Below are positions 40,073 to 54,039 of a stretch of 64,000 nucleotides of DNA, piece after piece. Made by a program: the position numbers and the translations under genes. Positions within the stretch are counted from its first letter, which is position 1. Each line of letters opens with the position of its first letter. Location: NCBI RefSeq assembly GCF_001194135.2, contig NC_068995.1, positions 2,620,477 to 2,684,476 on the forward strand, read 5' to 3'. The DNA is from Octopus bimaculoides. Its lineage: Eukaryota. A model generated the notes under the pieces. It was not told the DNA's origin. It was given only the letters and a program-made list of their open reading frames with translations, and did not search any database.

Positions 40073-40520
40073 TTTGTATATGCACACACACACACACTGA
40101 ATTATTTTTAACAATGAAACTTGAAGTTGATAAAGCTATATAAATAAGTAACCTGTAGAATATTCAGTTAAAAAACATCTTGAATGGAAAGAAGTCAATC
40201 CATACCAACATGGGAAAAAGGACATTGAATGATGATGATGATGGTATGTGTGTGTGTGTATTGTTTCCATCTTTTGGTCAGGGAGTGCCCATATCCTCTG
40301 ACAGGGCCTCCAGACATTTGGGGCGAAAGATGTTTTCCTCTAACCAAAAACTTGTCTCATATAAGTTTACCTTCCTTTGTGAGATTAGCTTGAATGGTTA
40401 CTCTTATGGCCTTCAGGCTGACACTGGCTTCCTTACACTTCCATCTGTCCCCTGACTTTGAGATGATGGGATGCAAAGTTTACCTTAGTGGAATTAAAAT
40501 CTTCAAACACAAAGATTTGG

Positions 40521-40754
40521 TACATTATTTACATTTGATGGATATTTGTCCCCATCTTGTTTGTTGTTAACACAATGTTTCGGCTGATATACCCTCCAGC
40601 CTTCTTCAGGTGTCTTGGGGAAATTTCAGACCTGGGTTCTTATTCTTGAGGTATTTTTCAATGTTATTGTTATTATTATTCAGGTCACTGCCTGGAATCG
40701 AACTTGGAATCTTGGAGTTAGTAGCCCGTGCTCTTAACCACTACACCATATGCC
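40521..40754 (-). mobile_element. tRNA-headed SINE carrying a hammerhead-like 3' module
   Basis: Head ggcatatggtgtagtggttaagagcac...aagttcgattcc; downstream acac-CTGAAGA-a-ggctg-gagggtatat-cagcc-GAAA-cat-t-gtgt. Confidence 0.75.
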
Positions 40755-42329
40755 TGTGGACATATATATAAATGACTGTTTATGTATGTCATCATCATCA
40801 TCATCATCATCGTTTAACACACATATATATATATATATTTTTGTATGTGTGTATATACTTGTATATGTGTGTGTATCTGTGTATATATAAGCATCTGTTT
40901 ATGTGTGTGTATATTCTTCAGTTTATATATGTGTGTATGTATATTTTTGTATATCTGTACATCTATGAATGTAAATAATTCCTCATCTCTTAAATATAGA
41001 ACTACAAAGGTTTGGAACTAACATTGTGAAGCATTCTACCCTATACTGTAACAACTTGTATATGTTTAGCTTATATACAGATGTATGAGAGTATATGTAT
41101 ATACATGTGTGTGTGTATATATATAAATGACTGCTTATGTATGTGTATATGTCTATGTATATATCTGTATGTGTGTCTATATATGTATGTACATCATATG
41201 TGTGTATATATTTGTATGTGTGCGTATCTGTATATATGCATCTATTTATGTGTCTGTATACATGTTCATGTGTCTATATGTATACAAGTATCTGTGCATT
41301 TGTGTGTGTCTCCGTATGTGTATATTGTTATGTTTATATATGTGTGTATGTATATTTTTGTATGTCTGTGCATCTATGAATATATACATATTTTTTTTGC
41401 TTGTATGTATGTATGTGTGTATATTTGTGTCTTTATGTTTGTGCATGTGTGTGTATATTTGTGAGAATATATATGTGTATACGTTTGCATATATTTGTAT
41501 ATCTATATTTGTGTGTGTGTGTGTGTGTGTGTATGTGTTAGATTGTGTTTCTGAGCAAGTCATTTCATTTCTTGTTATTCCAGTCCTCTCAACTGTCAAT
41601 ACGCACCAGCCAGTTGCTGGTGCATCTCTCTCCTTTCACCTTCTGAATGTGGGGTTGCTTGAAATATGAGGGGCCTGAAAGAGCTTTGTCTCTGCTCACA
41701 ACTACTTAGGGACCTAAAGCAATTAGTGTATGAATATGCCATATGAGCAATACAATTGACAGCCACAACTTTTCAATTTATAAAAATGTTATGTACATAT
41801 TATCACCATCATCATCATCATCATCATTTAACGTCCATTGTCCATGCTGACATGGGTTGGACGGTTTGACCAGAGCTGGCAAGCAAGAGAGCTACACCAG
41901 ACTCCACTCTGATTTGGCAAGGTTTCTACAGCTGGATACCCTTCCAAGCACCAACCACTTTACAGAGTGTGCTGGGTACTTTTGCATGGCACTGCAAGGG
42001 TGCTTTTACGTTGTGCTACACAGGCACTTTTATATGGCACCATATGGGTGCTTTTACATGACACTGCCTCAAGTACTTAACACCACCAGAAGGATTGGTC
42101 TTAACACTTTTGCTGTGGACTTTGGGTCTTCTTGAGTACGGCAAGATGCTAAGCATCTTGGTCCTTTATTAGGTCTTCGTGCATACAACATCTCGGTCCT
42201 TATGCCTACATATATATATATATTTATATATTCATACATATGTACATTGTGTGTGTTTACATGTATAATCTCATTTGTTTGTTCCTGTTTATTTTCCATG
42301 CTCTCGTGGGTTAATCAAATACATATTGA

Positions 42330-42620
42330 GTCATCATTTTGCTGTATATGGCATGTATAGGAAGCATTCTTTTCTATCGAGCCAAAACCTGGGTTGTGAA
42401 GAAGGAACTTCAAGATCATCTTGATGGTACCTACACCAAGCTTCTCATGATGGCTCAAAACGTCCCACAAAACCAAAGAGGAAATCTGTGGACACCAACC
42501 ATCTCTACTCAAATCAAAGTAGGTTTTACTGCTTACTGCTCTTGTGCTGGAGAACAGGCCATATCAGATGTCACCCTAATAGAGAACACAGATCACTTAA
42601 CTACATTCATGAAATTGAGG
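42330..42620 (+). mobile_element. RTE/RTEX-like LINE ORF2 remnant
   Basis: Translates to SILFYRAKTWVVKKELQDHLDGTYTKLLMMAQN, matching the LLYGxETW...LDGTYTRLLR post-RT motif. Confidence 0.75.
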
Positions 42621-43884
42621 TCTTACCAAAGCTAATGGTGGGACAGACAAGAATTCCTGGCATGGCATTGTGAAATGCAGCTTGGTTTACAGCAACTTGA
42701 AAAAGATATATATGATGTATATGCATGTATGTACATACATACATACATGTTATAAAATCCCTGTTGATTCAGCAGAAGCAATAAACTAAGGCTGTGATTT
42801 GCAGTACTGAGAATTTCTCTTTTCCAATCCTCATTTGGTAAATCCAAGCCTGGTTTCCTTTTGAAATATCCATTGTCTGAATATCGTTTGAAGGAAATAT
42901 TTTTCCTTAAGTTCTTTTGTTTAAAAACCTTTTTGAACAGCACATGCAAAAATGGCTGCTTCAGGCTCATGCTTTTGATTTCATTTCTGGTTCACGTGGT
43001 AACATTATTGTAAACATCATAAACTACATACAATCAAAGTCATGAAATTATGTTCCAAAATAATATATATAACGATGCACGTCAATGTTTAATCTTTTAC
43101 TCTTTTACTTGTTTCAGTAATTTTCTATGAAAATTTAAGATGATTTGTTTCACTTTAAGATTCTGAATTAAGAAAATAAAATCTTTTGAATTTGAGCAAG
43201 AAGGAAGACGTCGTTTTTAATTGAAAAACTATTAAAGTATACTGTCAGATCTTAAATGTCTGATGTTCAGAACAACAAAAGACAAACATTTTGTTTGTTT
43301 TTATTTGTAAAAAAAAAAGTTCTTTTATTTTTAAAAGACCCTCTCCTAAATGGTAGCAAGACCATATGTGCACATCATTGTGCAAGACACACCAGTGAAG
43401 GTCACTTTCAGATTTACTTTTTATTTTGCAATACAGGAATTGTTTTGGAAAATTACTATTTGTAAATCTGTCAACGAGAGTTATTCAGCAACAGTACTTT
43501 GGAGTAAAGATTGTTTGCCAACATAACATAGCAGTCCTGGTTTAGGACAAATGTTGCTATAATTTCAATTTCTGTCTAACAAATCTACTCACAAAGCTTT
43601 GGTCAGCCAAAGACACTTGCCTAAGGTGCCATGCAATGGGACTGAACTTGGAACCATGTGGTTGAGAAGCCAATTTCTTATCACACAGCCACCCTATGCT
43701 TATCATTGAGAATAGTTTGGGAGTAACTCTTAATTTTGTTCTGGTGACGACTGGGTCCCTGTAAGTAATACATTACAAAACTAGTAATACACATTAGATC
43801 ACTCATAGATTGTCTCTACAGCTCTGGTTGGTAAAAAGCCTTTTTTTTTCTTAACCAGTGGATTTGAGATCTTCCATTGTTTAA

Positions 43885-44099
43885 CTCTTCAGCGTTCAAA
43901 TTACTCCATCAAACGTAATGCTTATTTATGTACATTGTTTTAAATTTATCATTCATTATCATTACTTCACAATGTCGATGATGTGATTGTTTACTTTCAC
44001 AATGACATTCCAGTGTAGGTGCAAGAGGCTGTATCTGGCTAGTCTTGAACATAAAACAGAATATTTTGGTCAGATGTAGTCAGTTTAAATGCTAAAGGG
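43885..44099 (+). mobile_element. piggyBac-like MITE, complete copy with TTAA flanks
   Basis: TTAA at 43881-43884 and 44100-44103; termini ctcttcagcgtt / aatgctaaaggg (degenerate TIR with a CCC/GGG end). Confidence 0.75.
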
Positions 44100-45719
44100 T
44101 TAACCAAACCTCTTCACCGTTGCTGCCAATAACGATGCCCTAATTACATCTCGGGGACAAGACAAAAGTTCAAACCACTATGGTTTTGTTCTTTTCCCTT
44201 TACTCTCTTCAATCTCATTGTTTATACTTTTATCAATATTAATGTACTTGTAACATTGATTACTTCAAAGATGGCAGACAAAATTTATTGATTAATGTTG
44301 ATGTTTCTCTGCTTCCGTATGTAAATATAGCTCTACAGTGTGTATTTGTAGGTGTGTAGGTGGTAAAAACAAAAGAAGTATTAAAGATAGATCCACTCTG
44401 TTTAACAATATTAGCTGTGCCATGTTGCCAAAGATAATCTCTTTAGAATTAGTGATGCCATTCTTGAATTCTATGTCATTTCTGAATCGTTTCTTGTCAG
44501 TTAATTTCTGAAACCCCTTCAGGTTTTTGGTATGACCCTGGAGACAGCATTGTCTATTAGAGAACTCTTTAGGATAGTCTGACAATCCTTTTACATACTT
44601 TGAATGCTCGCTTTTATACTGTTACATTTTTTTTTTTTTTTTGAACTGTGGGTTTTTGTTTATATTTGACCTAAAATGTTGGGAAGAAATCAGAGCTATT
44701 TAGGCTGTAAGAATCCAGCTTTTCCTCTCACACCACTTTCTAGAATAAAAATCATGGTGGAGGAGTGTTTGGTGTAAAAGAGTAGACTGGTAGCAATGTG
44801 GGTGCCATGTAAGCCTTCACCTCTCATTGGTCAGTCAAGAATATACAGCATTTATCTTTGGAAGGACTGTACCATTATGAAACTATGTTTATGTTAAATG
44901 TAGTTTCTCAGAAAACAGGGTCAAGACCTCTTTAATGTCTTTTTGTATGGAGAAAGATTGATGCTCAACCCTTGTTCTGCAAAAAGCCATTCCAACTATT
45001 TCAAGAAATCTAAACATTGACACATTGTGTAGAGAAGATGATAGAATTGAGTGTTGGTTTGGTTTGGGTGTAGAGGCAGCTTTGGTCATAGTAGTATAGA
45101 GACCATGTGATCAGTAAACTGTAGTCACACAAGTTAGAATCTATTGTAACATGTGACCATAGCACATGACTCTAAAAGCATTTATATCACAATTTGTGAA
45201 CAACAACTGTCACCTTGTTACCAACATCTTTATTTTCTTTCCAGCTGCTCCTATTCACTCCCACATTAACGCAAGGTAGCCATATGTTTCAAGACATCCA
45301 TGCTTACCCCTCTATCATACTTTCACCTCTTGATACCTGGTATAAAGCCCCCTCTTCCTCTACTAATACTCAGTTGTAGGGATATCTTATCTGGTCCTGC
45401 AAGTACTTGGTGACCTCATAAGTGCTGATGTTGCATAAAAGGCACCCAATACTCTTTAGGAAGGAAACCATGTCAAAGCAAATGTTGGAGCTCAATACAG
45501 CCCCCTCCCCTCCAACTTGTTAGATTCTATCAACCCATCCAACCCATGCCAGCAATAAAAGACAGCCACTAAACCTTCACCATGACCCCCAGGTGGAAGA
45601 TAAGTCTTCTCACCAATGTTTTTGTCCCCGAAATCCTTGTCATCTAAAACTTACCTAAAACCATCATGTGGACAAGATGTCTGCAGGCTGTTTACTTACA
45701 TGGAGAGCATTACCAGCAT

Positions 45720-45910
45720 TTTTGTGTCTACTTTTCCATATTTTTGTGGGTTGGATAGGTTTGCTCAATCATCACATCTTACATGTTGCACTCCTTTATT
45801 ACTCCTTCTATTAAAACCAGCATCCTAAGATTAGAGGCCTTCTTCCCCATGTCCTCATTCTTCTGCGAGTTTCCTTCCACTGATGTCATTTGCCACTTCT
45901 TCACTCTCAA
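45720..45910 (-). mobile_element. Diverged RTE LINE 3' remnant
   Basis: VKKWQMTSVEG...RTWG...NLRML aligns by eye with the 2480-2720 remnant and is followed by the same ccaaccca...tggaaaa tail. Confidence 0.55.
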
Positions 45911-46532
45911 TGGCTGTTTACATTATAGAAGAGACGGTGGGAGTGGTTGGGGGTGGTGGTGGTGAGATGTCAGGGTGGATGCTCAGGGTAGAATATGAGT
46001 AGAAGTGAGTGGGAACAGAACAACAGGGAAGATGATGTTGGGGAGAGTAGGTGACAGCTGTAGAAATTCAGTAGGGTTGAGGGGTGGATAGTGGTGGTCA
46101 ATGATACATAGGAGTTGGGAGGAGGTAGAGGAGACTAGATAACTTAGATTTCTGCTTCACAAAAAAAAAAAAGTCTAGATTATTACAGTTTTTCCCTGAA
46201 CATAGTTAATAATGGCCCAAAAATAAACCTGTAGGTCAACAGCTGGTAAGATCATTTTTACTCTATTCAATCTGAAAGATAAAAAAAATAAGAAAAAGAA
46301 AGACACCCTGGAAAGCAATCAAAGAAGAGATCAGTTGTAAGCTTAACCAGCTTAAAATTCTCCAGTTGAGGAAAACTTTATTAAATACTCAGAAAAATGT
46401 AATTATTGTGAAATGGCAATTATAAATATTAATTAAAGAAATACAAATGTAAATTTGTTTTTAAATTGTCACAAAAATATCCATAAAAACACTGGTTTAT
46501 CAGTAATACTATATATTATAATGTATTTTTAA

Positions 46533-46729
46533 TCCTTTCATTACAAAATTTCTTTGAAATTTACTGCCTTTGTTTCAATAAATTTTGAAAATAATGAATT
46601 TAGTAAAATAACTTTATTTATCTGGTGTTTGGAACATAAATTAATGAAATTTGGATGGAAGCTTGCTCTATAACAGGAATTTTGTATCATAGAATCGGGG
46701 CAATTTTGGGTAGGTTGGGATTAGAAGGA
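46533..46729. mobile_element. Second TTAA-flanked MITE family
   Basis: ttaa-tcctttc ... gaagga-ttaa short TIRs with TTAA on both sides. Confidence 0.5.
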
Positions 46730-46974
46730 TTAATTCAAAATTCAGGCTTCAAAACCTACAGGATCTCCACACCTGATGTAAGAGAGCTTTTGTTATTAAA
46801 TATAGCCAAAAGTGGATGGTCTGGTGTTGCAGAGACTGAAAGAAGTTTAGAATGAAGTGGAATGTCCCTATGAAAAATTGATAAGAGTAAAGCAACAAAT
46901 GAAAGTTGTGAAAAACAAAGTAAGCCAGCTGTGAAGTTTTAGAGAAGTGAGAATTATTAATTTTTAATTGAAAC

Positions 46975-47165
46975 TCTGTCAGTTATGACGATGAGGGTCC
47001 CATTTGATCCAATCAACAGAACAGCCTACACGTGAAATTAATGTGCAAGCGGCTGAGCACTCCACAGACATGCCTACCCTTAATGGAGTTCTGAGGGAGA
47101 TTTAGCATGACACAGAACGTGACAAGGCTGGCCCTTCTTAAATTACAGGTACAACTCATTTTTTC
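46975..47165 (-). mobile_element. SINE body fragment (family of 62545-62825)
   Basis: gatccaatcaacagaacagcc...gtgacaaggctggccc...acaggtacaactcatttt, shared with the 62.5-kb copy. Confidence 0.75.
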
Positions 47166-49352
47166 TATAAAATGCACATGTGACTACAGATCATCAGAGA
47201 TCACAGTGATGTTCCCATTGGACATACAAGAACTGGTATTTTCACATCTGTACATTCCTCTAAATACTTGATAGCAAGATCAACACATTGAACCGGAGCT
47301 CACTGCATTTCACTGTCAACATTTGGAATAAACTTGGGAAAGACTCAATTGGGACCAACTCTTAACACCTTAACAATACAAACTTTGAAATGTCTTATCC
47401 AAAAAACACCACTTATCACTTAACACCGTCAGCAGAGTCTAACGAACTGATGGTTCACCCATGGCACCTCTCCAAATATTCAGAAGAAAATATACCTGCA
47501 AATGACATGAACTCTCACTGACACATCTTAAATTTAAAATCAGCTCTTGTGTAATTTTTCATAACCGATGTACTCATAGCACCAAGTATCAGCCCCAGCT
47601 ACAGCACTAATGTTGATCAAGCCTTCCATTAAACCTGTTGTCTTGCTACTTGATTTCCATTCTGAAGAAATGTTTGAAATATCTGTCCTTGAACTCTTCT
47701 TTCCAAGATTTGAACCTGGATCAATATGATTTTTCTGTGCAAGAGAAGTTTTTGGGGTGGACTAATTCAAAAATATATATACTGTCCCAATATGTTTTAT
47801 AAAAGGCAGCCATCTCTCACTTTTATGTTTTTCCAGAGCCTGGTCTCAACAGTTTTAGCCTTTTCTTTATCACTACAGAACGACCTGTAGAAGGAGCCAC
47901 TTTCATTAACAGCTGTACTGACAAATTATTATAACAATCACTACAGCCTCGTTAACAGTGACACTGCACCTTGATATTACAGTTTAAATTAAATTCACAC
48001 ATTTTATTTTTCTCCTTATACTGAGTAAACCAAGTTCAATAATTATCCTGAATATTGAAAATATGAATGGATGCACAATTTACTGTTGCAAGCTTATTGC
48101 TGCTTAAACTACTGTCTCAAATAGTCTTAAGCTGCTTCTGCATGCAATTTTGCAGCTTGCAGTTTACAAGCCGTGTTCCACATCTTCCTTCTTTGCAGCA
48201 TTGCAGCTTCTACAAGCCATTTTTCATCTTTCAGTTTACAAACCATGCAGTTTTGTTATATATTCTTCGGCCTCACAGGGGCAATGAGAAAAGACCGGGA
48301 CCTCTGGCGGTGTGCTGTGACTGAGAAGACCCGGCAAATAAAGTGAGTTCACAGCTGTAGCCTACACCAGTGTCACATAACCAGCCCACTCAAAAGTATC
48401 TTGGATTGTAGGATGTCATGCCGTGCTTGAGGAGACCTATTGAGTCAAGTACATCAACATCAACATCAAATGGAGATTGTAGTTGTGAGCCCCTTGCCGG
48501 TAGCACGTAAAATGCACCATCCGAGCATGGCCGATGCCAGTGCCGCTTTGACTGGCTTCCATGCCGGTGGCACGTAAAAGGGACTATCTGATCGTGGTTG
48601 ATGCCAGCTCCTCTGGCCCCTGTGCTGGCAGCATGTAAAAAGCACCCGCTACACTCTCAGAGTGGTTGGCGTTAGGAAGGGCGATGATGACGATCCTCCT
48701 CCTCCTCTATTTCAACAAGAAATTAAACTTAGAACAGACTTCACCATTCAGTTAGTCTCTCTTGTGAAGCTTGTGTGCTTGGCTAAATGAATCTACCAGT
48801 TCCTGAAAATAGGTTTGTTCTGGTTCTTATCTTAGCAAAGTTTCTAACTCTGACCTTGTGACATTCAAAACTCCCTAAAATTAATTGGCTGTGTGGTTAG
48901 TGGTTAACAAACTTGCTTCCCAACTACGAGGTTTCAAATTCAGTCCCCCTGCTTGGTACCTTGTCTTTGTCCCAGGGTGCTCAAAGCCTTGGGAATAGAT
49001 TTGGTCAATGGAATCCAAAGGCCCATTATGTGTATGTGTGTTGTTTCCTCGTCTTGACATTGCGTGTTAGTTGTGTCACCATCATACAACCGGTATCCTT
49101 CATTTGCACTTGTTTGTGAAAACATCTGGCCTTGGAGAACTGTTGTGTTAGTTGGAAACAAGTGAAGCTTGGTGACAGAAAGGGAACCCAACTGTAGAAA
49201 ACCTGCCTCATGTCAAACCCTTGCAAGCATGGAAAAGTAGAGGTTAAAACAATGATGATATGAGATTTAACTTGAGTAAATACTCAACATTTTAAAGACT
49301 TTGATATTGCTGGTTGATTTCAATCAACACTAACAATCTTTCATACTGAAAA

Positions 49353-49416
<64 letters not shown>

Positions 49417-51789
49417 GAACTGTTGGGTATATGTTATTTGACTTATGAATATTCCTGTATAATGACCTGTTGTTATATTGCCTTTGAATCATAATTAATT
49501 CAGTAATTTATAAACCTATTAATTAGGTTGGTTAAGTCTAAATGCTTCCTATGAAAATATAGGAACTTGTACATAATGTAAATATAATTATGTATTTGTT
49601 TTTTTCTGTATGTCATTTTTACAACACAGTAACACAAACAGTATTTGCAGTATTTCAAATAAAACCAGTGTTTGAGAAAACCTGAACCAATAACTGTTCA
49701 TACATACATACACACACACGCACACACACACTGCAAAAAATAACAGTACAGATGGGTGGGGTTCAGAAAAATATGAAACCAATGCAAATGGATGAAATTG
49801 TGACAATTTCCTGTAGACACCTGGTGAAGAGATTCTTTTATAGGAAAGTCTCCCTTGTCCACCTGTATTGATATTTCTGCAGTGTTATTTGTAACGCAAC
49901 ACACACACACACCTATCAAATGTGAAAAATATGAAGTTTATAAACTTTCTAGATTTAAAAATAATTCCTTCGTATCTTTGTGTCTTAACTGTTTTTTAAT
50001 AAGAAACGTTTGAAGAAATTTAATGAAAATACTTAACAACATTGATGAAAGACAATAAAAACTCAGTAGTATTATATTATTGATACAGTCTGAATATTTA
50101 ATGTGAAATGTGCTTGGTGAATACTAGTTAACATTGTGTTATGGTTTGATTGGAAATTGATGAGTTTTTAGCCTTAAATTACCAATGCTCTTAGAGTTTT
50201 AGTTCTTAATGCTTGAAATATTTCAGGTGTTTATCAACTCATTGGATAGCCACACAGATCTCTCCCCCCCCTGCCCCTGGTGGGGTCAGTGTTGACCACT
50301 TTGCCAACCCCTGTTTAACCATTGACATGTTACCATATTTCATCCTGCAATCCATCTTCATTATATTTTTGAATATATTACATCTTTTCTGTGACTGGTC
50401 AACCAGTCATAAATCAGGTGAACTGTGCTAGTCAATGACATACTCTACATTTCTCGTTAACCTCCTTAATTATTTCTTCTTAATTGACATCATTCGTCCT
50501 GTTTATCTAATATCAGTTTCTGGTTTTAATCTAGAACTTCCCACAACATTCTAGACTTACATATTCACCATCACTGTCTGGTCCTGGCTTGGTGTTTCAT
50601 CATGAGGATCTGATTTATCTTTTTCAAAATTATTTTGCCTTTTATCTATATTTTTTCTTAGTTTAATTCGCTTTTTATCTCTATTTTATCATTGTGCCTT
50701 AGTGTGCCACCTTGTCGTTGTGCCTTGTTGTTGTGCCTTGTCGTATCAACTTATTGTTTTGCCTTGTTGTTGTGCCTTATTCTATCTTGTATCTTTACCA
50801 TTTTACCACTTTCTTTACAACTATTCCTGCACTTTACTTTTGTCTCTTATTGTTTATAATTCAATTTATCTACCTTATATTTTCCTACAATTTACTGTTT
50901 GTACTCTATTATTTGTACTATTTTTACTTTTATTGAAAAGAAAGTTTTTTTGTCTCCATTTCCAAATTCCATTCTGCTCATTAATCATTGTGGACCAATT
51001 TTGGTGACTCTAAAATTGTTCCTTTTTCTATTCATGTCCACCCAACCCCAATGTGTGTATGTTCAGTAGTTTCTGAAGACCTTCCAAAATAGTGAACAAT
51101 TGATGATATCCAAGGGGACTTCAGTTGCTAATGTGATCATACATGTATGAGAGAGAAAGAAAGAGAGAGAGAGTATGAGTGGGTGCTGAATGTCTGCAGC
51201 AATTGCAGAGAAACCAGTTCTTCTGATTCACTAAGTGTTTGTTAATTGATGTCCAGGGAGTAGTGAGGGAGGGTGGGGGCAGTAAGACTGAAGATGAAAG
51301 GTATTGTAAGATACACGTACAGGTTGATGTGAACAAATGGTGTGTTGTGGGGGAAGAAAGTGTTATTTTGATGCTTGCACAATTGTGATGCTTGCCCTGG
51401 GTACCATTTACCCTAGTTATGCCCCTGGCCATAACCATCCTGTTTTATTTTGTATTATTCAAGCAATGTTTCTGTGCTACATTAAGCAATTTGTCCTTCC
51501 TTTTTAAAAATGGTGAGGGGTGGTTTAAGGGTGATTTAGCTGCTATTTCTAGCATTGAAGTGACAACACAGAGGCCTCTTATATTTTTGTAGTAAAAGGT
51601 GATAGAAGGTCAGCAAAAAGAATGGGGTGGGGGCAGGTAGAAGAGACTGGAAAGGTTTCTGTTTGGAGGGTCATTATGTACACACAACTATTGTGTTATA
51701 GACTGTCCACTTGGTAATGTCTTGGAAGAATGGTGGACATTAAAACACTGAGGATGACGTGTGTGTGTACTTGTGTATAAGTGCAAGCA

Positions 51790-52185
51790 TGGTTGTTTGG
51801 TTTAGAAGTTCATTTCCAAATCACATGGTTTGGGGTTCAATCCTACTGCATCGCACCTTGGGCAAGTGTCTAATATTATATCCCTGAAATCAATCAAAAC
51901 TTGGAAGAAATCTGTTGTGTGTGTCTGAGAGTGTTTATGTCTCTCTTTGCTTTGACATCATGCAGTAGTTATAAAGAAGCATCACCATAGAAGCCCTGTC
52001 ATTTGTTTCCATTCCTCCCTGAAAGATATGTCCAGCCATTGGGGAAATATTACCTTGTTTGGTATACAGGTGAGGGTTGGCCACAGGAAGGGCATCCAGC
52101 TGTAGAAAATATGCCTCAGTAAATTTTATCTGACCCATGGAAACACGGAAAAGTCAACATTGAAACAGTGATGATGATGATGATG
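51790..52185 (+). mobile_element. Near full-length tRNA-derived SINE with (GAT)n tail
   Basis: Head tggtttagaag...ggttcaatcctactgcatcgcaccttgggcaagtgtc; tail gaagggcatccagctgtagaaa...gatgatgatg. Confidence 0.75.
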
Positions 52186-53544
52186 ATGATAATGTGTGTG
52201 GGTATTTCTGTAAATAACCAACAAATATTTGCAAATAAGTTTGTGCGTGTGAATGTGTAATATTTATATAAACAATTGCGGTTGATATGAAAAAAGCTGA
52301 GAACATCACAATGGTGTACTATTGTCATCGTCATCACCACTATCATCTTCGTTGTCATTGTCATCACCATCAACACCATCCAGTATGACATAGTGTTGAT
52401 TCAGAAAATTTACTGAAACAGCATGTGTGGTCGTTGAAATTTGCAATTGTAATTAAATATAACGAATGGGCTTGTTTTGTTGTTTGCAGTTGATAACGAG
52501 ACAGACAGACAGACTATTGACACAAATGTTGGTGCTGTGTGGAGACCAAATATATTTGAAGAGCTACAAGGGTAGAGAATTGGTTTGTTTTCACAGTTGG
52601 GATGGTGATGAGGGCAGGGGTGATGGTGATGGCAGGTTGTGGCAACACTTATCTTTTAACAAGTGTTTCTGTTATTTCGCAAGTGAATTGTGGCAGTCAT
52701 ATTGCAGTATGAAAGGGTTTTGCTATCAAACTTGTTGATCTATTATGCATGTCTTTTTAACACACTCCCGACAACCATTGACTTCTTTTCTCACCTTTCT
52801 ATCTCTTCCTCTTTTTCCTCTTCTCTCTCTCTCTCTCTCTCATTCACACAAATACATATATGTATATCTGAGCTAAAAGGGGTCACATATCCAAATCACA
52901 GGTTTATTCACTGGTCCTTCAGTCAAACAAACCTGTGGTTTGGCTGGGTTCCCTGTTTTTGTAATTTTTTTTCTTTCTCCACACATAGATTAACATAAAT
53001 TTGACTCTACACACCTCCAACATACCTTAGTATTGAGTTTGTACCACAACAGAAATAAAAACGCATGTGTGTATAGTAATAATCTATATTGAAAATGCAG
53101 TTGGTGTTTTTGTTTTGTATAACATACACGTGTTTCAACAAGTAGATTGTCATTATTAAATAAGCCAGTTCTGTTATGCAATACCAGCTACCCACTTCCA
53201 CAACATTATCGGTAAAAATGTATATTATATAAAGCTTAAATTACCAATTACATTTTCTCTGTTGAAAAATGCATTACTATAATGTGGCTTTGATTCCATG
53301 CTAGCCAAATCTAGAGATTTGCTGATTATCATTGAAGTGCATCATCAGGTTCAAGAGTGGAGTGTGAGATTATCTATAGAATTCAAATGTTTTAGTGATG
53401 TGCCTTCCAGCACACTTTGTAATGTGTATATATATATTTACCATTCATCCCATGCTGGTATGGACAACAGACGTTAAATGATAAAGATATATAGAACAAA
53501 TAGTTAAGGATTATCAATCTGGGCAAAATACTTCATAAGCTCTC

Positions 53545-53584
<40 letters not shown>

Positions 53585-53620
53585 GGTTAGTGGACAATGG
53601 AGCCAAATCCAAGTTATTAA

Positions 53621-54039
53621 CCCTATAGTACTTAAATCAGCCATATCCAGTCCCAAATATTTTGGGGTAGGGATCCAGTCAATTAGATCGACCCCAGTAC
53701 ATAACTGGTACTTAATTCATTGACCCCCCCCCCCCAAAGGATGAAAGGCAAAGTCAACCTCGGCAGAATTTGAACTCAGAACGTGAAGACAAATGAAACA
53801 CTGCAAAGCATTTCGCTTGGTATGCTAACGCTTCTGCCAGCGCCCACCAATCCCAAATATTTTACCTGTTTTACATTCAAACTGACTGGATCCAGCCTCT
53901 TACACTTATTCTACAATGTCATGCTAAAAATAAACAGTATCATAAAAATCGCAAAGTTACGAGATAATCCAAGATTAATTCAGAACAGTGTGAAGAATAA
54001 GCTTTGCATTTGACAAGAATAATCTGGATGCTAAAAGGG
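53621..54039 (-). mobile_element. piggyBac-like MITE (TTAA flanks) interrupted by a SINE at 53664-53850
   Basis: TTAA at 53617-53620 and 54040-54043; the SINE is flanked by the direct repeat tcccaaatatttt. Confidence 0.8.

Noticed and set aside
45720-45910. Minus-strand AG...GTAAG-bounded open frame
   Set aside because: Better explained as a diverged RTE LINE tail.
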